Assembly: GCA_043756865.1 (NCBI GenBank)
Contig: JAYUQG010000025.1
Span: forward strand, 921 to 64,920
Direction: 5' to 3'
DNA: 64,000 nucleotides
DNA from: a bacterium
GTDB lineage: Bacteria > Patescibacteriota > Minisyncoccia > Phycocordibacterales > UBA6899
How positions within the stretch are numbered: the first letter of the stretch is position 1; each line of letters opens with the position of its first letter. A model generated the notes under the pieces. It saw only the letters and a program-made list of their open reading frames with translations, did not search any database and was not told the DNA's origin. Shown piece after piece: positions 60,120 through 64,000 of this stretch. Both the position numbers and the translations under genes were made by a program.

Positions 60120-61472
60120 ATGTTGGACTTAAAAACAATGAAGTCTGCCCTTGAGCAACTCGAGGCAGAAAAAGGGATCTCGAAAGAGAAAATCATCGAT
60201 GCAATTGAGGCGGCACTTGCGGCTGCGTACAAAAAAGATTACGGGAAAAAAGGGCAGATCGTGCGTGCGAAGCTCGACATGAACACAGGGAAGACTGATT
60301 TCGAGCAGGTGAAAATTATTGTGGACGATACCATGGTCCGTCAGCCGATTGAGGGAGAAGAAGATGAGGATGACGCACCGGTGCGCCCGTTCGTTTCTAC
60401 GCCAGAGGCAATTGTCGGAGCGGAAGGTCAAGGCGATATCGACACGCGCGTTCGCTTCAACCCCGAGCACCACATTATGATTGAGGATGCACGGCTTATT
60501 AAAAAGGATTCGCTGCTCGGCGAAGAGCTTGTATTCCCACTTGATGCAAAAGATGATTATGGACGTATTGCCGCACAGACCGCTAAGCAGGTTATTATCC
60601 AGAAGATTCGCGAGGCCGAGAAAACATCCGTGCTCGACGAGTTTGCGCAGCGCGGTGAGGAGATAGTGAGCGGAATCGTCCAGCGTATTGAGCGTGGCAA
60701 CATTTTTATCGACCTCGGACGCGCAACCGGACTCCTCGCATATGAAGACCAAATCCCCGGTGAACGCTACCGCACAGGAGAACGCATGCGCAGTTACTTG
60801 TACTCGGTAGAGGATTCCCCCCGCGGAGTGAATTTGCGGCTTTCTCGTGCACATCCAAATTTTATTCGCGCACTCTTCTCGCTTGAAGCACCTGAAGTAC
60901 AGAGCGGTATTGTGGAGCTCAAGGAAATTGCGAGAGAAGCAGGTTCGCGCACAAAGATAGCGGTGCACTCAAACGACGAGCACGTAGATCCTGTCGGGTC
61001 ATGTGTTGGCCAGCGGGGTGTTCGCGTCGCGACAGTAATTTCGGAACTTGCAGGAGAAAAAATCGACGTCATTGAATGGTCACCGAGCGCCGAGAAATTT
61101 ATCGCTGATGCACTCTCTCCTGCAAAGGTCCGCAGTGTCATCGTCAATAGTGCAGACCGCCAAGCAACCATTGAAGTGATGCCCGACCAACTCTCCCTTG
61201 CAATTGGACGAGGGGGGCAGAATGTGCGTCTCGCGGCCAAGCTGACTGGTTATCGACTGGATATCAAATCGACCGAAGGAGAGGCATTTGCTGCAGCTCC
61301 CGCAGTCGAGAAAAATGAGACGAAGACCCAAACTCCCGATGAGGAGGTAGCGGAATTTATCGCGTCAGACGAATCAGCGGGTAGCCCGAACCCCGAGACC
61401 GTAACAGCACAAGAGGAAATCATGGAAGACAAGGCGGTTGTTGCGGAGAATACCAACACGGAGCAAGAATAA
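60120..61472 (+). CDS. nusA: transcription factor NusA
   Basis: GRIAAQTAKQ, REAGSRTK and AIGRGGQNVRLA motifs. Confidence 0.98.
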   Translation: MLDLKTMKSALEQLEAEKGISKEKIIDAIEAALAAAYKKDYGKKGQIVRAKLDMNTGKTDFEQVKIIVDDTMVRQPIEGEEDEDDAPVRPFVSTPEAIVGAEGQGDIDTRVRFNPEHHIMIEDARLIKKDSLLGEELVFPLDAKDDYGRIAAQTAKQVIIQKIREAEKTSVLDEFAQRGEEIVSGIVQRIERGNIFIDLGRATGLLAYEDQIPGERYRTGERMRSYLYSVEDSPRGVNLRLSRAHPNFIRALFSLEAPEVQSGIVELKEIAREAGSRTKIAVHSNDEHVDPVGSCVGQRGVRVATVISELAGEKIDVIEWSPSAEKFIADALSPAKVRSVIVNSADRQATIEVMPDQLSLAIGRGGQNVRLAAKLTGYRLDIKSTEGEAFAAAPAVEKNETKTQTPDEEVAEFIASDESAGSPNPETVTAQEEIMEDKAVVAENTNTEQE

Positions 61473-61545
61473 GCACTGCGTCGCGAGGTGCGACTCACAT
61501 AATCCAAAACTTGTAACCTAAAATTATTCTCATAATCTTTTATCT

Positions 61546-62070
61546 ATGAATCTATGGCATGACATTCCTTGCGGGGACAAAGATGGGTTGAATGTGATTA
61601 TTGAAATCCCCATGCTCTCACGCGTGAAGTATGAACTCGACAAGGATACAGGGCTTATCAAGTACGACCGCGTGCTTTACTCGCCCATGCATTACCCGTG
61701 CAACTATGGGTTTGTTCCCCAAACCCTCTGGGATGATGGAGACCCACTCGACGTGCTTGTCTTGGGAGCAGAGCCACTCGTCCCCGGCTGTCTTGTAGAG
61801 GCTCGCCCAATCGGAGTACTCGACATGATCGACGGCGGAGAGGGGGACGCAAAAGTACTCGCTGTACCCACTGCCGACCCACGCTGGAAGAATACGCGAA
61901 ATATCAGCGACCTCGAACCACACTTCCTCGATGAAATTAAACACTTTTTCACCGTCTATAAAGATCTTCAAAAAAAGAAGGTGCAAGTGGGTGAGTGGAG
62001 AAATGCGGAAGAAGCAGCAAAAGATGTTGCAAAATCAATTGCATTGTACGAGAAAAAATTTCCCAAATAG
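61546..62070 (+). CDS. ppa: inorganic pyrophosphatase (family I)
   Basis: KYELDK, NYGFVP and DGDPLDVL motifs. Confidence 0.97.
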   Translation: MNLWHDIPCGDKDGLNVIIEIPMLSRVKYELDKDTGLIKYDRVLYSPMHYPCNYGFVPQTLWDDGDPLDVLVLGAEPLVPGCLVEARPIGVLDMIDGGEGDAKVLAVPTADPRWKNTRNISDLEPHFLDEIKHFFTVYKDLQKKKVQVGEWRNAEEAAKDVAKSIALYEKKFPK

Positions 62071-62281
62071 TAACGAGGTGCACTTTGATCTCAACATAGC
62101 AACGTCCCATGGATATACCATGGGGCTTTTGCTTCTGTGTGGAAAAGAAGGCTCAATGCTTACTGCTTTTTTCTTCACCTAGCTTTCCCACAGCGATTGC
62201 CCCCCCCTGCAAGAGATTTGCTATACTATAAAAAGCACGGTCTTGCGTACCGCGTATTATTTATTCACTCAATTTTTTGTA

Positions 62282-63250
62282 ATGAAACGAATCAATATCA
62301 TCACTCTCGGTGTTGTGGGATTGGTGTCCCTCACACCGATGCTCACATTCGCTGAAGAAACAACAGTAGCAGCTGGAGCGAACGCAGAGGCAGGGACAAC
62401 AGTTTCCCCGTCTCCCGCACCAACATCGGATAGTTACTCATGGGGTGCCTCCAACCCTTCAACAGTAGGCACAGGAGGCGGCCACGGCGCAGGTCGCATG
62501 GCCTCGGGCACTGACCCAATGGGAAGTGGGGTGAGAAGCCCTCGTGACGCAGCAACAGGGCAATCTTCGGGAAAACGAATGATGGCCAGCGGAACAATGC
62601 CACTTCCTGCGGGAATGGAAATGCGCAACAAAACGATGGCTTCAGGCACGAAACCGCTTCCTCCAGGGATGGAGCAACGCATGATGCATCGCGACCAGAT
62701 GGGGAGTGGCACTGCGCGATGTACGGGCGGCGCAACGGGAACGAGGTGCGCAAACATGGACGAGAACAAGGAAGAGAGAAAAGAACGTATGGATGAGCGC
62801 AAGGAAGAAATGAAGGAGCGCATGCAAGAACGTCGCGGAGAAGTACTCAAGCGTATGTCCGAGCGCATGATTGAGCGCATGAACGCGGCAATTGAGCGCC
62901 TCACAAAGCTTGCTGACCGCATAGACTCACGCATAGCAAAACTGAAGGAAAACGGAGTAGTTACGGCATCTGCCGAGGCAAACATTGCGATTGCACGCAC
63001 CAAGTTGGCGGATGCTAAAGCGGCAGTCCTTGTTGCAAAAGGCGCGGTAGCGAGCGCAGTAGCGGAGGCAGACGCATCAACAGGTAGCTCAACACCCAAG
63101 GGAGTAGGAAAATCAGTACGCGGTGCGCTCGAGACCGCCCGTCAGGCAGTTCTAGAGGCACACAAAGCCGTCGTCGAGGCAGTCAAAAGCCTGAAGGCAA
63201 ATGTGAAAGTCGAAGGACAAACAGGTGCAAGCACAACGGTAGCACAATAA
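62282..63250 (+). CDS. secreted protein with disordered MASGT-repeat region and coiled coil
   Basis: Signal peptide; four M(A/G)SGT repeats; E/R/M-rich helix. Confidence 0.8.
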   Translation: MKRINIITLGVVGLVSLTPMLTFAEETTVAAGANAEAGTTVSPSPAPTSDSYSWGASNPSTVGTGGGHGAGRMASGTDPMGSGVRSPRDAATGQSSGKRMMASGTMPLPAGMEMRNKTMASGTKPLPPGMEQRMMHRDQMGSGTARCTGGATGTRCANMDENKEERKERMDERKEEMKERMQERRGEVLKRMSERMIERMNAAIERLTKLADRIDSRIAKLKENGVVTASAEANIAIARTKLADAKAAVLVAKGAVASAVAEADASTGSSTPKGVGKSVRGALETARQAVLEAHKAVVEAVKSLKANVKVEGQTGASTTVAQ

Positions 63251-63280
63251 TTTATTTCACTAACCACAAATAAGAAACAC

Positions 63281-63598
63281 ATGGAAGGAGAAAAAACAGG
63301 AGGCGCAGCTGCGCCCATGACCCCAGTGAGCGGGGAAAGCAAGGCGGGATTTAACGCAATGCTTATCGTTGTCGTGCTCGCACTTATTGTGCTTGCGGTC
63401 GCCAGCTGGCTCATGATGCAAGATGCTACAGTAACTGTGCCCGTATCCGAAACACCAACAACGGGAGCCATGATTACTGAGGAAGATGTCACCACACAGC
63501 AAATGAAGACTCAGGGTACATCCGACAACATGACGGAAATTGAGGCCGACCTCAATGCGACCAACATGAACTCGCTTGAGGAAATCAATCAGATTTAG
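63281..63598 (+). CDS. single-TM hypothetical protein
   Basis: One TM helix and an acidic tail. Confidence 0.7.
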   Translation: MEGEKTGGAAAPMTPVSGESKAGFNAMLIVVVLALIVLAVASWLMMQDATVTVPVSETPTTGAMITEEDVTTQQMKTQGTSDNMTEIEADLNATNMNSLEEINQI

Positions 63599-63796
63599 TC
63601 GAGCAATGCATGTTTGCAACACCACCCGACCTTGGGTGGTTTTGCTTGCGTGAAGCAAACAAAAAAGCTACTATGCTCGCATTCATCCGCCGAGATTCCA
63701 ATGGAAGATTTATCATTTAGTAACAATGTCAGTGCCCTAACGACTTTTCCGTGAGCGCGTACTGCATACCAAGGAAACTCTAGCGGAGAACATATT

Positions 63797-64000
63797 ATGG
63801 AAGAAAAACACACACATGCGTACACTGTTTCGGTAAAAAAACTGCCGGGCTCGCGTATTGAAATCACTACAAGTATGCCCGCGGAAGAATTTGACGCAAC
63901 ACGCAAGGCAGCAATTACGCGGATTGGTGCAGATGTCGAGTTGCCAGGATTTCGAAAAGGGCACGTACCCGAAAAGGTTCTTGCTGCCAAAATTGGCGAA
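63797..64000 (+). CDS. tig: trigger factor (5' part, runs off the window)
   Basis: Hand translation MEEKHTHAY...ELPGFRKGHVP contains the GFRxG signature. Confidence 0.9.
   Translation, partial: MEEKHTHAYTVSVKKLPGSRIEITTSMPAEEFDATRKAAITRIGADVELPGFRKGHVPEKVLAAKIGE

Overview
This window looks like a chromosomal segment of a Patescibacteria (CPR, Parcubacteria-like) bacterium using genetic code 11; the lineage is inferred from gene content and sequence style. Core genes include fusA, rpsG, rpsL, rpmB, nusA, ppa, partial tig, tpiA, pgk, recJ, rnhA, a split comEC and a type IV pilus locus with pilB, pilC and two minor-pilin sets. Many accessory genes lie between them. The standout is a minus-strand locus at 23.5-31.9 kb: PP2C phosphatase, Ser/Thr-type kinase, nicotinamidase-like hydrolase and vWA protein (a TerY-P-like triad with a PncA-like gene inserted), followed by pncB and a glutamine-dependent nadE. 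The two transcription units are separated by a terminator. Each carries an identical 21-bp palindromic GT-N7-AC (NrtR-type) box over its -10 element, which suggests an ADP-ribose-responsive regulon coupling phospho-signalling or defence to NAD+ rebuilding. A prs homolog lies 3 kb away and no nadD is present in the window. Other notable items: a leader-peptide attenuator ahead of an ATP-grasp-like gene, a 161-bp MITE, a secreted protein with two Hcp-like motifs, a MotA/ExbB-like three-gene module, a candidate structured RNA upstream of rpsL, unusual S12 substitutions and a G13 tract upstream of pilB. All protein calls come from motif recognition only; no searches were run.
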